DNA from: Chrysomallon squamiferum
Lineage: Eukaryota; Animalia; Mollusca
Direction: 5' to 3'
DNA length: 64,000 nt
Assembly: GCA_012295275.1 (NCBI GenBank)
Contig: CM022670.1
Span: forward strand, 40,734,001-40,798,000
In this document: in pieces, positions 63,598 through 64,000 of the stretch
How positions within the stretch are numbered: the first letter of the stretch is position 1
Layout of the letters: each line of letters opens with the position of its first letter
The notes under the pieces: generated by a model
Told to the model about the DNA's origin: nothing
What the model saw: the letters and a program-made list of their open reading frames with translations, nothing else
The model's database searches: none
Made by a program: the position numbers and the translations under genes

Positions 63598-64000
63598 GTA
63601 AGTTCTACGTCATTAAAAACACACGTGTTTTTTTTTTTTTTACGTTTTTCTTATTGCTGTTTCGAAAAGTTCAATAATTTATTTGTTAAAGTAGTCGTCT
63701 TTACTTTCAGTAAAATGTCGTATGCTTATTAGATAGAAAATAGGTTGACAGCTAGATAGATAGAAAGTAGATAGATTATATAGATAGACAGGAGATAGTT
63801 AGATTGCAAGCTTGAAGGGAAAGAACTAAAACTTGGAGAGACAACAGAAAGTCGGGAAAGTTAAAAATAATAAAATAAAAATATTAAAAAAATGATTAAA
63901 TCCTTATATGAACTAAGTAAAATCATTGCTAGGATTTTTTGTCGTTGTTGTTGTTTTGTTTTGTTGGTTATGGGAGTTCAAAAATGAAACAACAAACAAC

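Overview
AT-rich, microsatellite-dense eukaryotic (animal, probably mollusc/lophotrochozoan) DNA. Most entries in the ORF track are translations of simple repeats. Positions 1-31,000 contain no coding exon I can support. From about 31.5 kb to the window end, one + strand multi-exon gene encodes a secreted or cell-surface protein: signal peptide, PAN/apple, EGF, 2 TSP1, SRCR, then at least 16 more TSP1 repeats, continuing past the window. I reconstructed 22 canonical GT-AG exons with consistent phases. The notable points are: (i) four in-frame, phase-1 micro-exons of 24, 12, 24 and 30 nt hidden in one 4.8-kb intron between two TSP1 exons; (ii) a 3.1-kb satellite in intron 1 built from copies of the exon-2 splice acceptor, each copy outlining a possible 21-nt in-frame mini-exon; (iii) a tandem duplication of the donor site of exon 12; (iv) a net +1 frameshift inside the PAN-coding first exon of an otherwise intact gene.
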